DNA of 64,000 nucleotides. Source: Macrostomum lignano. Taxonomy: Eukaryota. Made by a program: the position numbers and the translations under genes. Under the pieces are notes generated by a model. That model made no database searches. It worked only from the letters and a program-made list of their open reading frames with translations, and had not been told where the DNA came from. Below, piece after piece: positions 51,301 to 63,459 of this stretch; the first letter of the stretch is position 1; each line of letters starts with the position of its first letter. The stretch spans positions 558,001 to 622,000 of the forward strand of contig NIVC01000013.1 of NCBI GenBank assembly GCA_002269645.1, written 5' to 3'.

Positions 51301-54300
51301 AGTCACACCAGACAGGTGAAATAGGTCCTAGTCATTTTGTCAACTGGCGTTTTGTCAACTGGCCATTTTGTCAACTTGGTTTTATCACTGGTCGTTTCGT
51401 CAACTAGCCAATGAAGCAATTTCAAACCTCAGTCACTTTATCAACTGGCCAACAGAAGTGTTCCAACATTGTTCACTTCGTCAACTGCCAATAAACTATC
51501 CCCCGCAGCCACAAAAAGGTAAAACTGAACCCTGAAATGACTAAGTCAACAGGCTAATTAATATTCATACCCTTCTGCAACATCTGCCAGCTTTCGATCA
51601 ATGCGTCTCTGTTATATGCTTGTACATGTACTAACAAAATATAATGCCCTCATGTGTTTGAAACGTGTGCAGCACAACGGGGTTGACATCCCGTGTTACA
51701 CATTTGTATATATTAAATTTTGAATGCAGAAGTAATAAAGAAGTAGTACATGTAGTTGAGGAGTAACTGGACCAAAGATAATGCTGAAAGTAGCCGGGTC
51801 CTCTATTCGCAAAACATACATATAGAAAGCATTCCAAATCAAGCCATTACATACATGAATGTGTTCATGTATGAGGGAAGAGGGAGAAAATGTGTTCATG
51901 TATGACTGTGCAGCAGGTCACTTGGACAGAACAGGTTGGCGTGGTGATATAAAAGCTGCATTGGTCACTCCTGTAGGCGATCTTAACTTGAAGGTGGCGT
52001 GCAGCAGGCCAGCATGTACTGCATCAACTTGTTGCTCAAGCAACTTCATCAGCATCCAGGTCTTGACAGTGTATAGCAAGATGGTCTCAATCACCGCCTT
52101 GCCTGGAACAATGCTGTCCTCTAGCGGTCAGCTATACATTAAGCTGGCCTCGGAACGCAGGACTCCCCTAGACTACATGTAAATATATTGTAATTCAAGC
52201 CAGTAGTGTCGGAACATATTTCAGAGTAGGTGGGGGCTCTTGATGGGAGGGCACATTGCATATAATTTCTTCTAATCTAAGGGCACCCAAACTTCTGCTG
52301 TTATATGAGTTTGTAGCAATATGACATAACAAGGCCAATATTCAATTCTGTGTTGGGGTAGCCAAAAGTCTAGCTGAAAATGCTTAAATTTTCAACTAAT
52401 TCAAACATTGTGCAACTGTACTGCACTCATTTCAAGGACTGCACTTAAGTGACTTCAGTGGTCCTTGACTAATTTATTTAGTATATAGTCATAGATTTCT
52501 CAAATGAATGAAAATTGCAAGGGCAAGACCAGTAATTTTCTGGATCTCTTGGCGCTGTCTCTATTCTTTTAGCTTTTATATCTTTCCTCTCATCTTCCTT
52601 TTTTTCTCCATTTTCTTTTCCCTTCCTTTCTCTCTTGATCCTCTCCTTTCCTCTCTCTTCTATTTTGTCTCTCCTCTCCTCTTGATCTATCCTCTCCTAT
52701 TTCATCTCTCCTCTCAATCGTATACTCTCTTATCCTTATTCCTTCGCCTCTCCTTTCTTCTACAAGTATGCCAGCTTGTATTTTTCTTCTCCATTCCCTA
52801 TCCTCTCTCCCTCCTTTGGCTTGCAATCATCAGGGACTCCTGGGTGCATTTTGCTTAGGGGCCCAGCGAAGCAGACCTAGAAGGGCAGTCATTGCGCTAG
52901 GTTTTCAATCTGGCCCTTAAGGTAAAAAGTTTGTTGATCCTACATGTAAAACCACTAGGCTTAGGCATATGGCCAAGTCTTATGCAGCTACATGAGCAGG
53001 AATGCACGAATCAAAAGCACACCACTGTGGTATTGCACCCAATATCGCCAATCGGTTTGCCCATCTGCCTATGCCTTTGCATCTGTCTACTTGTGTCTGC
53101 TTGTGCCTTCTTACAGTGCACTATACATTTTAGTGTTAAGCATGACAAGGAGTGAAATACCTTATACGTGTACGGCATGATCGATTGATGAGCGTGTGTG
53201 AATTGTACAAATTATATACTCTGATTAAAAGCATTATTGGATATCAAGATTCACTGTAGGGGCTTTGGCTGACTATGCACAACGGGGTGGAAGGGTGGGA
53301 AGGTGCACGTAGTCTACTAATTTTTGCGACTCCATATATAGAGGACTTCATAGCAGTCTTCGATGCGTTTTGATAGGAGAAATACCCATGTTTTGTAGTC
53401 GCATGTATGGTTGCATAACACAAATACTCAAGATTCATTAATGCTTGGATGTATATGGGTATGAGTGCGCATAGGGTGACGCATTTGCATAGAATATTTG
53501 CATCAAAACATTTTACCTAATGGACATGCAGTCTGGTATTGCAAAATTGTAAAATTTGTTTGTTTTTTTAAATAAGGCAATTAATAAAACAAGTCATCGA
53601 TATAACAATAATTGTAAGCTATACAAGATATGCAGCTAAATCAGCTACATATATATATATCATTCAAATAATCAAAATCTTAGTTACTTTATCAATAAGC
53701 AAATGGGAAAGACCTAGGCATTAGTCACTTCATCAATATACATGCGCAACTGCTGGCCAACCTGGCCAATCTGGCCACCATAAATTGTGGTGGACCAGAG
53801 GTAAGTCACAAAAATGCTACCCCAAAGAATATGGACATAGTACTAATTAGATTCCAAGGCATTTAGGCCTGATAAGACAGTTATAGTTACTCCTGCCATT
53901 TACTTGTTAATTTTGCTTTAGGTTTTCTTCACAGGTAAGTTGCATTTTTGGTCAAAAAGTAAGTCGCATGGCCAGTGTAAATCAGGGGGGTTGCGCATGT
54001 ATGCTTCATCAACTACCAGTAAAGTTGCCCCAATACTTTGGTCACTTTGTCAACTGAGTTGACAAAATGCCAGTTGATGAAATGACCATCACCTAGTGAA
54101 ATTACACATTAACCAATAAAAATATATAAACAAAGTACATTTATACGCTACCAATAAAAGTTAAGTAACAGCAATAAGATCATCTCAGAGGGAAGAAGAA
54201 GCCCTTAGCCCTGTAACATCTTAACGGTATCAGTGTGATCATTAGGCCTAAAGACAAAAGTTTAGCCCTTTGAGTTTGACAATTATTTAAAATAGATTAG

Positions 54301-54608
54301 TAAGTATTTATTATATAACTTACAAAAAATGCTCATGCCTAGGTTTCAAGTTCTTACTCTTAGGCCCTTAAGCATATTCCATATAATGCTGGCAAGCACT
54401 AAAAAAAGCAACAAAAAGAACTTACTGTTGTTTCATATTTAATTGCTAAAGACACAAGAGTGTCACTAGGTCTAACTTTGTGGAGTCTTGTCTTCTGAGA
54501 TGTTGTTGAAGCACTTTTTGATGTTGCACCATATGTTCGAATTTTCTTAACTGTATTTTTTGGGACAGTTGATCCAGAAGTAAACAATATATCTTTTTCA
54601 TCAGCCAT
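48334..54608 (-). CDS. LysM domain protein, LYSMD1/LYSMD2-like, 3 exons
   Basis: Exon 54608-54426 (HKVRPSDTLVSLAIKYETT) joins exon 49744-49332 (VEELKRLNGLWSNDGL) to form a LysM domain. Last exon ~48598-48334 ends VEETFYKL*, resembling the LYSMD1/2 C-terminus. Last acceptor uncertain. Confidence 0.72.
48620..49256. repeat. 27/28-bp minisatellite (GAGGATCTGG(G)AGGGTTGCCAAGCAACT)n
   Basis: Direct reading; related to 32050-32860. Confidence 0.94.
49891..50151. mobile_element. hAT/Charlie-like MITE, 261 bp
   Basis: Ends CAAAGGTCGACAAACG and (reverse complement) CAAGGGTTGGCAAAGT match 11/16; 8-bp flanks TTCTGTAC and TTCTATAC; internal GGGCCA(G/A)AT motifs. Confidence 0.6.
51328..51490. repeat. 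Dispersed repeat family with CATTT(T/C)GTCAACTG motifs; second copy at ~53720-54095
   Basis: Several direct copies here. The copy near 54041-54085 is palindromic and is interrupted by the MITE at 53737-54003. Confidence 0.7.
51950..52130 (-). mobile_element. RTE-like LINE C-terminal relic
   Basis: AVIETILLYTVKTWMLMKLLEQQVDAVHAGLLHATFK resembles the post-RT (A/V)ETxLxYGxETW motif, also seen near 57110. Confidence 0.55.
53737..54003. mobile_element. Mutator-like MITE, 267 bp
   Basis: TIR (T/C)ATACATGCGCAAC ... GTTGCGCATGTATG; perfect 9-bp TSD CTTCATCAA at 53728-53736 and 54004-54012. Confidence 0.85.
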
Positions 54609-55186
54609 TTCTAAATCTAAACATCACATTGACAAAGGCAAAATATGATAATTGAATAGGCCTACACTGCAAGGTTTAACTTTAAAGATGAAATTCAATT
54701 ATTTTTTGAAATAGTTAAACTTTAGTTTTAAGTCTTTAACAAGTCTTGTCACCGCTTTTCAATTTTTACAACCAAGACTTTCTTCAAATTCAATCTGGCC
54801 GAGTCCTAAATTTTATTTATCCTTAGAAACTGCATTTTAATTTTTTTGAAAGAATTTTTGGGAAATTTACTAGAGACTGATTAGTTTTTAAGAAGAGGGA
54901 CGCAATATGTTCAGCGTGATCGAAAAATGCAAGATTTAGGACAGCCACTGGAGAGGAGATGAGTGCTCTATTCTATCTCTAAGTGAATTCAATTTACATT
55001 AGGCCTAGCTAATTTCAGAGTAAAATTTTACACCATCCGTTTTTTCTGAATTTGTACACTTCAAGCTTAGGCTGCTTAGATTACTATGAAAACGAGAACA
55101 GACAGATTGACTGTGGTGTTAGCCGTTAGGTAAGGTACCATATTTATTCAATTAGATATCATGATGATAAACCAAGCGATTTAAAA

Positions 55187-55565
55187 GGGTCTCCCTAAAA
55201 CACGCACCGCACCGCCCCGAACCGCTACACATTATAACATTTTTTGTCAATGCAGTATTTGATTGCAAGAAAAACTATTTGTTGTAAGAGTAATGGAATA
55301 AATATCTTTAATTATTATTTCAAATATTATTTTATTTTTTATATTCTCGATTTCATAATTAAATTAAATTATTATTATTTTAATAATATTATTATTAATA
55401 TCACTTATTACTCACCAAATTTTATATTTCAAAGTAAAAAAACTAAATTTAATAAAAACTTTGAAGCTTAACAGAAAACGCATTTTGAATTGTCTTCAGT
55501 TATAGTCCAATTTGTTTTAATGTGTAGCGCTGCAGGGCGGTGCGGGGCGTTTTTTAGGGAGACCC
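55187..55565. mobile_element. Mutator-like MITE, 379 bp
   Basis: ~48-bp TIRs (GGGTCTCCCTAAAA...CGCTACACATTA); perfect 9-bp TSD GATTTAAAA at 55178-55186 and 55566-55574; AT-rich interior. Confidence 0.88.
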
Positions 55566-56179
55566 GATTTAAAATCAGCTAACAAAATGGGTTTCTGCTA
55601 AAAAGACATTTAAACAACATATCAACATTTTCGCGAGTTAAGTAGCATAAATGATAAAAATGGTTTACTTAGGCAGGCAAATTACTTTAAATATTTTATT
55701 CAAATTATTGTCGCTTTTTTGAGTAATTTACAATAGCTTGCTTTACTTTTTTAACAGCAGTTTGTTGAAGTACTTCGTTCTATTTACTATTTAAGGATAT
55801 CCCGAGCGATATTCGAGATGGATATAAGTAAATAGCAAAAATCTGCTTTTAAAGCACTAAAAAACAGGAATTTTACAGAAAAAATAATTAACTAATGAGA
55901 TTTTCCAGGTATAAACAACCTTAAAATTGAGCTTGGCGCTTATGATTGAAATGATTTTGTATATTGTAATTCTCATAAAGCTGATGTTTCTTTATCTCGA
56001 CAGTTTTAGGTTGATATTCGATTTTGAGTTCTATCACTTGCTCTCTGTCGCTAAAATTTTAAATTGAAAATCTTTACATACAACAAGAATAATACAACAA
56101 GAAAATAAAGTGATATTAATTAAAGTTCGTTTTGTTACTTTATTCCATCCAATATAGTTTCATCAAATATATTGGCCAT

Positions 56180-57480
56180 CCCTAAAGAAGAGCAACTCTA
56201 GCCGCCTCGACAACTTGCGTGGCATAGCCCTAGAGTGCAGCACTCTAGCCCAAGTCCTTACCATCCCTTCGAAACCGCATTCAACCCATCATCAACCAGA
56301 TCGATCGAGGCTTTTCAATTTCAACATCCAGAGCTTGGCTTTCGACCTGGACGGTTCAACAGCAGAACAAGTCGCTGCGATCCGATGCATCATTGACACG
56401 TGCGAGACTCGCCAGACTTGTCAATTATTTTTGTAGATTTCTGCAAAGCTTTTGACTCCGTCAGCCGAGCGGCCATTTGCCTGGCTCCTCCAGCAGCATG
56501 GAGTTCCTCAGCTGCTGGTTCAGGCGATCATGGACCTCTACAACTCGTCCAAGGCTTTTGTCCAGACTGACCATGGCCCTATAGCTGAATTTGCCACCAC
56601 CTCCGGGGTCCTGCAAGGTGACACCCTATCATCACCGTTTCTATTCGTTATCCTGATCGACTACGTCATGCTGGCTCTGCGCGAAGAAGACGGCTATAAT
56701 ATGAAGTGTTGCATGCCTCGCCGCAGCTCCCGCTTTCCCTGTGTCAAGCTGACCTGCCTCGCCTACACCGAAGACTTACCTGCTGCAGTTCCGAAGCTGC
56801 GCAGAGGGTGCTGAGAGTCGACTGGCTGGAGGGGAAGCGCGTATGGCTCCACGTCAACTACAGCTAGCAAGACAATTAGGTGCTGCAATGCTGGCATTGC
56901 CAACTCTCCACCTCTGCAGCTCTACCCGGACGGCAACACCATTGCCCCGCAACCAGTTCAAGTATCTGGGTTTCCTGGTCACTGACCCGCGGATGCCATT
57001 GTCAACAACCGCAAGCAGCTGGCGTGGCGGGCCTCCCACCTTCTCCGCTCCATCAATTAACTGCCGTCTCGCCACCGACAGCCTGAAGGTCGCCCTCTTC
57101 CGCTCGGCAGTTGAGACGGTGCTGACCTACGGGCTGGAAGCTGTTCCCATGACTGCCACTCGTTAGGCGAGCTTGGCGGCCTGCCATCGTCACCAGCTCC
57201 TGCGCAATGCCCTGGGCATCTGGTTCCCCGAGCACGTGAACGTGCAATGCTGAGAGCTGGCGGCCCGGACCCGCGTGCCGCCCCTGGGTCGCGCTTTGCA
57301 GAGGCGACGCCAAATGTTGATCGGCAGGCGGGCCCACAAACGGGGCACCGGGCCCCCGCTCGCTGACCCTGCTGCTCAGCCCGCCTTGTGGGAGACTCCG
57401 CCGGGCCAGGCGCGCTGTACCACTCTGATCTGACTGACACTTTTCTCACTGCATGACTTGCAGGCTCTGGGCCTCCCCTC
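56180..57480 (+). mobile_element. Degenerate RTE-like non-LTR retrotransposon reverse transcriptase
   Basis: Across frameshifts: LDNLRGIAL; GFRPGRS; TAEQVAAIRCII; FVDFCKAFDSVSR; GVLQGDTLSSPFLF; LAYTEDL; FKYLG; LFRSAVETVLTYGLEA. Confidence 0.85.
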
Positions 57481-58263
57481 TGCAGTCTGCAGCTAAGGCT
57501 GGACTCAGCTGTTTTCCACCAACGAGTGCTTCGCTGACCCCTGTGCCAGTGTCTGTTTAATAACAATAATAGTAATAATCCAATATAATATATAAATACA
57601 ATTCCATTTACATGTTTCTTTACTATAAGTTCTGAAGTTCATACAATAAGCTTTCAACTTTCTCGCCCAACCAACTTTCAGCCAGAGGAATCACAGTGCG
57701 CTCAGATTCTGCCGAAGAATCGACGATTGGTATGCCTACTAGCTTTTGGCATAACTTTTTCTTCTGTTGAGGCTGGAGAATTCGACCAACCTCGCTGCGT
57801 CGCTGCACGCTGCACACAGCGGCTGCTGCCGACAACTTGCAATGCCGCTGCTGCTGCGTGCCAGATGGTGTTGATGCAGGCGCTGCTGCATGCTCACGAG
57901 TCACGACTGGCACTCTCGATCTGTTGCTGTTGCGTATCGGCTGCGGTGTCGTTGGAGTTGTCCAGTGCAGCTGCTGCCTGCCAATCAATTCAGTGCAACA
58001 CAGATGCACCCGTGGTGTGAGTCGATCGCCAGCGTACTTTAGAATTGCTTTGATAGACTCCCTTACATCTTCTTCTGGCTGGTCCGTTGGCTTTTGAAGC
58101 TTTTTGTGGCATCTGTTAGGAACTTTTTAGGGCAAACGAAAATTAGGGGCGCCATAAAAATCGCCAGCTACAAGGGGGGAGGCGACTGCTCCCCTCCACC
58201 ACGCCCCTTAAATCCGCCCCTGAGCATACATAGCTAGCAATCAAAACAAATACCAGCAGCTAA

Positions 58264-58402
58264 TAGGGAATACAATCCCGGGATTGGCAAAGTCCGGGAT
58301 ATCCAGAATCCCGATCCCGAGAATCCCGGGATTTTCGAAGTCCGGGATATCCCGATCCCGAGAATCCCGGGATTGACAAAACTTGGGATTTTGTATTCCT
58401 TA
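58264..58402. mobile_element. 139-bp hAT-like MITE rich in CCCGGGAT motifs
   Basis: Ends TAGGGAATACAATCCC and (reverse complement) TAAGGAATACAAAATCCC; 8-bp flanks GCAGCTAA and GCAGCTAT. A degenerate inverted relative lies at ~59560-59710. Confidence 0.7.
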
Positions 58403-60089
58403 GCAGCTATACGCCTATAATGTATTGTGTATCTATGGGAATTCTTCGGGCAATTGGGCGTGATAAAACCAGACAAAACCTCAGTGCGAAGTTTAGCTTT
58501 TGAATATGCTGGTGGCACTGGCAGTGCATTTCGCGCTGCATCTGTCCAAGGGCAGATCCAGCTGTGGCCAAAATATTTGGGTCATACTTTTTATTGGCCT
58601 GTAACATGCAAGCTAGGCCTATTTTTAAATGTCGGGTTGTAGTTCCTTGGTATAGCTTGTCCCCCCCCCCCCTAAAAAATTCTAAATCCGCCCCTGGCAC
58701 TGTGTTTTCGTCTCAACTCATATTTCCTTCTTTTCCACTCTCATATGGCCCGCACGTCCCGCAGGCAAAAACTAGATATTTTATGTTGCTAAAAAGAAAT
58801 TGAGAAGAAAGAAATTGTCAGGGAGTCGGGGGAATGGGGCAATTCACGCGTTGCGTTCTCGACTGTACTGCGGCGGCAATAGATCGATAAGAAGGCTGCG
58901 CATGCTGTGGGGCCTCCCTCCCCTCTGTACTCTTTCAAGTTCAAACAGCGCCATTCCTTCCTTTCTAACCAATAGGCAGCGAGCTATGACTTATTCACCC
59001 AATGCCCGTGCATGATAGCTTTGCTACCCCTTCATGCCTCTCTTTCTTTCTTACTCGTGTTCAGTGGTTCACAATAGAAGCGAATTGCCATCTTGTCCCT
59101 TCCCTTACGGTTATTATTTAGCTGCCGTCAGGCTCCAGCACACTAAGCAGCTCTCTCTCTCTCTCTCCACTCTTGCTGAAAATTAAATGGTGCTGCCTGC
59201 AACACTGCACTGGAACTGCAACACCGTTGCTGCTGTGGCATTAATTCATCCACAAATTGCAATACCAAGACCAACACACATAGGTACCTATACCTACCGA
59301 CAGACCCATTATTACTTTTTAGTAATGGATAGATGTGAGTATTTATTTATTCTATTTCAACTTCAACTAACTGTTGTCGATGTCGAACAGTCTTCGCGAC
59401 TGCTTGAAAATAAACAGAAAGTGTCTATTTGATTTTTATAGGTAGAGATAAATAGGCGTATATTTTTCATTAGAAAAACTTGAGTCGTGACTGATTGTCA
59501 AAAACTTTTAGATCTAGCTAGAGTGAAATTGCTACAAATTTTGTAATACTTAACTGGTTTTCCTAAGATTCTTAGGATTGGGATATCCAGGACTTAGAAA
59601 ATCTTGGGATTCTTAGGATTTGGATATCCCAGACTTTGCCAAGATGCCAATCCTGGGATCCAACAAATTGGGCCAAGTGCCTAAGATCCCAAGATCCTAG
59701 GGGCTAGGATTAAAAAATTTTCTAATCTTTGGACTTTGTTAGTGCAATTTTGATTTATGATGCCATCTAATCTGATTTTAAGGGGCTTTTAATAATAAAA
59801 TAGTAAAACAAAATAAATTCTTTTGGAAGTTTTGCTAACAAGAAACTGATAATTAGCTCTAAATTGGAATGTGATAATAGCCTGGTATGATTGATGCATT
59901 ATTTATTTTATATACTTAAGACTGGCAATCTTTTACTTTACTGCGTTTAATTTTTTAATGGTTCTTTTTAAATTTCAGAACATAAAGATGGTAGGAGGAT
60001 AAAAGGTAAGTGTCTTTAAGTGTCAGGTAAATCAATTAGTCAGTAATAATGAGCCACCCAGTATAGGAAATTGTCAAACTCCTTTCTAG

Positions 60090-60250
60090 TTCATATGCCC
60101 AAGAATTTCGCAGTAGCCCGTAGGTGGCCAGCCAGCGAATAGTTTGCTGGCTGTTAGACATCAGCAGCATAAGCTTGCGTAGCATGATGTCAATGTTGCA
60201 CAGCTTGGGTGCTGGCCTTAGATTGGCCTCGGGCACAATCGTAGTAGGTG
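60090..60250 (-). mobile_element. Possible Merlin/IS1595-like transposase N-terminal remnant
   Basis: TIRWLATYGLLRNS resembles the WLxxxGLLxN segment preceding the zinc finger of Merlin transposases; nothing else preserved. Confidence 0.25.
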
Positions 60251-60454
60251 CAGAGGGCCTTCCAGCCATCAGTAAGTTGGCTGAAATGAGAAAGAAAAGT
60301 GAAAAATAATGAAACACAGTAAAGTAAAAGATTGCCTTAAGACTTAGTATCAGCTTAGGAAAATCACACTTGATTATAATTTAACCTAGGGAATGATAAC
60401 TTATGAAAGCTATGGCCTGAAGCCAAAGTATTTAATACTATGATAAAAAGAGAT

Positions 60455-61091
60455 GAGTGTTCCATCGTAAGGAGGGTCTATGTACCGTAGCCGTAAGCAA
60501 AACTATGGCTTATTCCAATTTTCTATATTCCATAGCCGTAGGGACCCTAATATTACCATATTCCCGTAGTTCCCATAGCTGAAGCCATAGTTTTAACAAA
60601 AAGTCTAGAAAACAAAATATTTTGAATCAAGAAGATAACTTGGTGCTTAAACAACTGCAAATTAAGTTAGAAAATAAAAGAAACACTCAATTGCTTTTGT
60701 AAGATTATATTTTGTCTTTTTTCAGAGCAACAATACTTAATTGTTACTGAAAGTACTAATGCTGAACTTTTTCACATCAATAAAAATTAGAGTTTACTAG
60801 TGTTTTATTGTACTTTTTTAGGTATATTTTAAAGGTTTCTAAGTTGATAATACAGTTTACTAAAAGTATCTTTGTTTTACTCTACCTGTTTCTAATATTT
60901 TTTCAATGTTTTAACATGAATAACTATGGCTACGAGAATCTATGGAATGTGACAACAACTACCATATTTCCATAGTTGTAGCCATAAGAGCAGCTAGCTA
61001 CCATAAGTGTATCCATAGCTGCCGTAGGCACCTATTTTACTGTATTTGCAATAGGATCCCATAGTCATAGCTATGGCTACGGCAGAACACT
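60455..61091. mobile_element. Candidate non-autonomous DNA transposon with CTATGGCT/AGCCATAG subterminal repeats
   Basis: Short inverted ends (G)AGTGTTC ... GAACACT; 9-bp flanks AAAAGAGAT at 60446-60454 and 61092-61100. Confidence 0.55.
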
Positions 61092-61476
61092 AAAAGAGAT
61101 CCACCACTCAGACCTCACCTCATGCTTGGCATAACAAGGGAATCCTATTTGCTCGCTGCACTCCCTAAGAAGTGACACTGAAAAATGGGGTCTACAAGTT
61201 AAGGCCCAAGTCCCCTCCCCATTCCCCCAATTTCTTGCCTGGTTAGCATGCCTTTTGCATAAGGAATCGTCGAAAAGAAGTAAACAAAAATAATTAAGAC
61301 GGTGTCGAAGAAAATATTCACTGCATTAATTTAATATTTTTTTTCTATGTTGCTCAATTTTGGAGAATAAATCAATATAAAAATCCTCCATTGCACTGGC
61401 AAATGACAGGCAAGAACTCCCATTGAAAAGCACTTCTTCAAGACTCATTGACTCCAGTAGGACTACAGATAGAATC

Positions 61477-62319
61477 ACTCACCCGATAACTTTACCTTCT
61501 TTCTCTTTAAGGCTTTCTCATTCTTCAAGTTGTCGTTGGTCTCATTCACAAAGTTCTTCAAATAGATTCTGACTGCTGGGGTGAGGATTCTGGAGGAGAA
61601 AATAACCCCAGGTCTTCCGCAAGGACACTTCTGTTTCAGCATGTCGCGGAACTCACTGGATCTGCTGATGCAATCCTGGCAGAGCTCTACGATACTCTAA
61701 ACAGCTCCTCCTGAGTACAGCAGATCAGCAGTCAGCAAAGTCTTATCCTTCAGGTGGCCGAACACAAAGTAGGTTACCTCTTCTTCGTAGAAGAAACACG
61801 AAGTCACTGGGGCACTTCAGACCACCACGATCACGCATCTTGATCAAGGCAAAATTCTCAGCGTGGGCCTCATCATCGGATAGGAACTCCAAATAGTCGG
61901 CAGTGACCAGGAAGTTCCTGCAATCCTGGCACTTCAGCTGACCACACAGAGACTTCGTGACATACCCACCAAAATAGGAGCACAAGTTCAGATCAGTTGA
62001 TGAAAGAGCAGCACTCAGATGCTCTAGGCCAGGCAGCGACAAAGACAACAGTTGGCTTAAGAAGTCAGACGGATTTCCTTGATCAAGAATTTGCAAGTCC
62101 CTCAGCTTAAGTCCATGAAACTTGAGCAAGCTCGAGACGCAGATCTTCTCCGCCTGAAAGATCTGACGCACGGAAAGGAAGAAGTTGCCACTGTGAAATT
62201 GGCGGTAGCGACCGAAGCGGCGCTCAATCCAATCGCTGACAATGCGGCCTGTCAAAACGGAAGGAAACGAATGCTTGGCCAACAGGTGCTCTGTGAGGTC
62301 AGCAAGAGTGAGGCAGCAG
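61477..62319 (-). pseudogene. P-element/THAP9-like transposase relic
   Basis: VLTGRIVSDWIERRFGRYRQFHSGNFFLSVRQ; SYFGGYVTK...CQDCR; DRGGLKCPSDFVF; then in a shifted frame ...RIYLKNFVNETND...KRKKVKLSGE*. 5' end cut by the MITE at 62320. Confidence 0.8.
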
Positions 62320-63270
62320 CATACATGCGCAACTGCTGGCCGACCTGGCCAATCCGGCCACCGTAAATTGTGGCTGACCAGGGGTAAGTCGCAAAATTGA
62401 GTCAACCAAAAACAGAAAAACACAAGAACCAAGAAAGGCAAGAGGAAAGCGAAAGAAAGAGCAGTTCAGGGAAAATGGTGAAGCAAAAGAAAAACAATTC
62501 ACAAAAGAAGCAAACTAAGTTGTAAAAATAATCAGGTAAGTCGCAAAAAGGATCAGGTAAGTCGCAACAGGAATCAGGTAAGTCGCAAAAGGGTTAGGTA
62601 AGTCGCAGAAAGGATTAGGTAAGTCCCAAAAAGGATTAGGTAAGTCGCAAAAGGATCAGCTAAGTCGCAAAAGGGTTAGGTAAGTCGCAAAAGGGTTAGG
62701 TAAGTTGCAAAAGGGTTAGATAAGTCGCAAAAGGGTTAGGTAAGTTGCAAAAGGATCAGCTAAGTTGCAAAAGGATTAGGTAAGTCGCAAAAAGGATTAG
62801 GTAAGTCGCAAAAAGGATTAGGTAAGTCACAAAGGGTTAGGTAAGTCGCAAAAGGATTAAGTAAGTCGCAAAAAGGATTAGGTAAGTCGCAAAAAGGATT
62901 AGGTAAGTCACAAAGGGTTAGGTAAGTCGCAAAAAGGATTAGCTAAGTCACAAAGGGTTAGGTAAGTCGCAAAAAGGATTAGGTAAGTCGCAAAAAGGAT
63001 TAAGTAAGTCGCAAAAAGGATTAGGTAAGTCGCAAAAGGGTTAGGTAAGTCGCAAAAGGATTAGGTAAGTCGCAAAAAGGATTAAGTAAGTCGCAAAAAG
63101 GATTAGGTAAGTCGCAAAAAGGATTAGGTAAGCCGTAAGTCACAAAGGGTTAGATAAGGTTAAGTAAGTTGCAAAAAGGATTAGGTAAGTCGCAAAAAGA
63201 AGCAACTAAGTCGCAATAAGAGGGAAGTAAGTCACAATCAGAGGCAATCAGGGGGTAGTAGGTGCAAGTG
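62320..63270. mobile_element. Second copy of the CATACATGCGCAAC MITE family, expanded to ~950 bp by an internal minisatellite
   Basis: The first ~76 bp match 53738-53813 closely. Degenerate right end AATCAGGGGG...GTGCAAGTG. Flanks AGGCAGCAG and TGGCAGGAG (7/9). Confidence 0.7.
62515..63200. repeat. 20-21-bp minisatellite (GGTAAGTCGCAAAA(A)GG(A/G)TTA)n
   Basis: Direct reading. Confidence 0.94.
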
Positions 63271-63459
63271 TGGCAGGAGAGCAAAAACAGAATAGAAGCC
63301 TTCAACCACAGACAAGATCTTTGAAATCAGAAGCCCGCGTCATTTCTTAAACTCTGGAGCAGGGGTTAACAAACTCCGGCTCGCGAAGCCCCTCTATCTG
63401 GCCCTCGCCCCTCGGGTTCTTTGAAACTTCCTAACTACGAGTAGCAAGGTTGGTGTCTC

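Noticed and set aside
51330-54090. 2.8-kb transposon bounded by GTCAACT inverted repeats
   Set aside because: The right-hand motif is a local palindrome within its own short copy and no TSD flanks the pair. Two dispersed copies explain it better.
57620-58222. hAT-like transposase fragment (KLVGIPIVDSSAE) with an AAATCCGCCCCTG end, repeated at 58684-58696
   Set aside because: The peptide similarity is too short. Both terminal motifs face the same way and no CAGGGGCGGATTT partner was found.
62590-63150. Interstitial telomere
   Set aside because: Only single GGGTTAGG motifs occur within 20-21-bp units; there is no tandem (TTAGGG)n.
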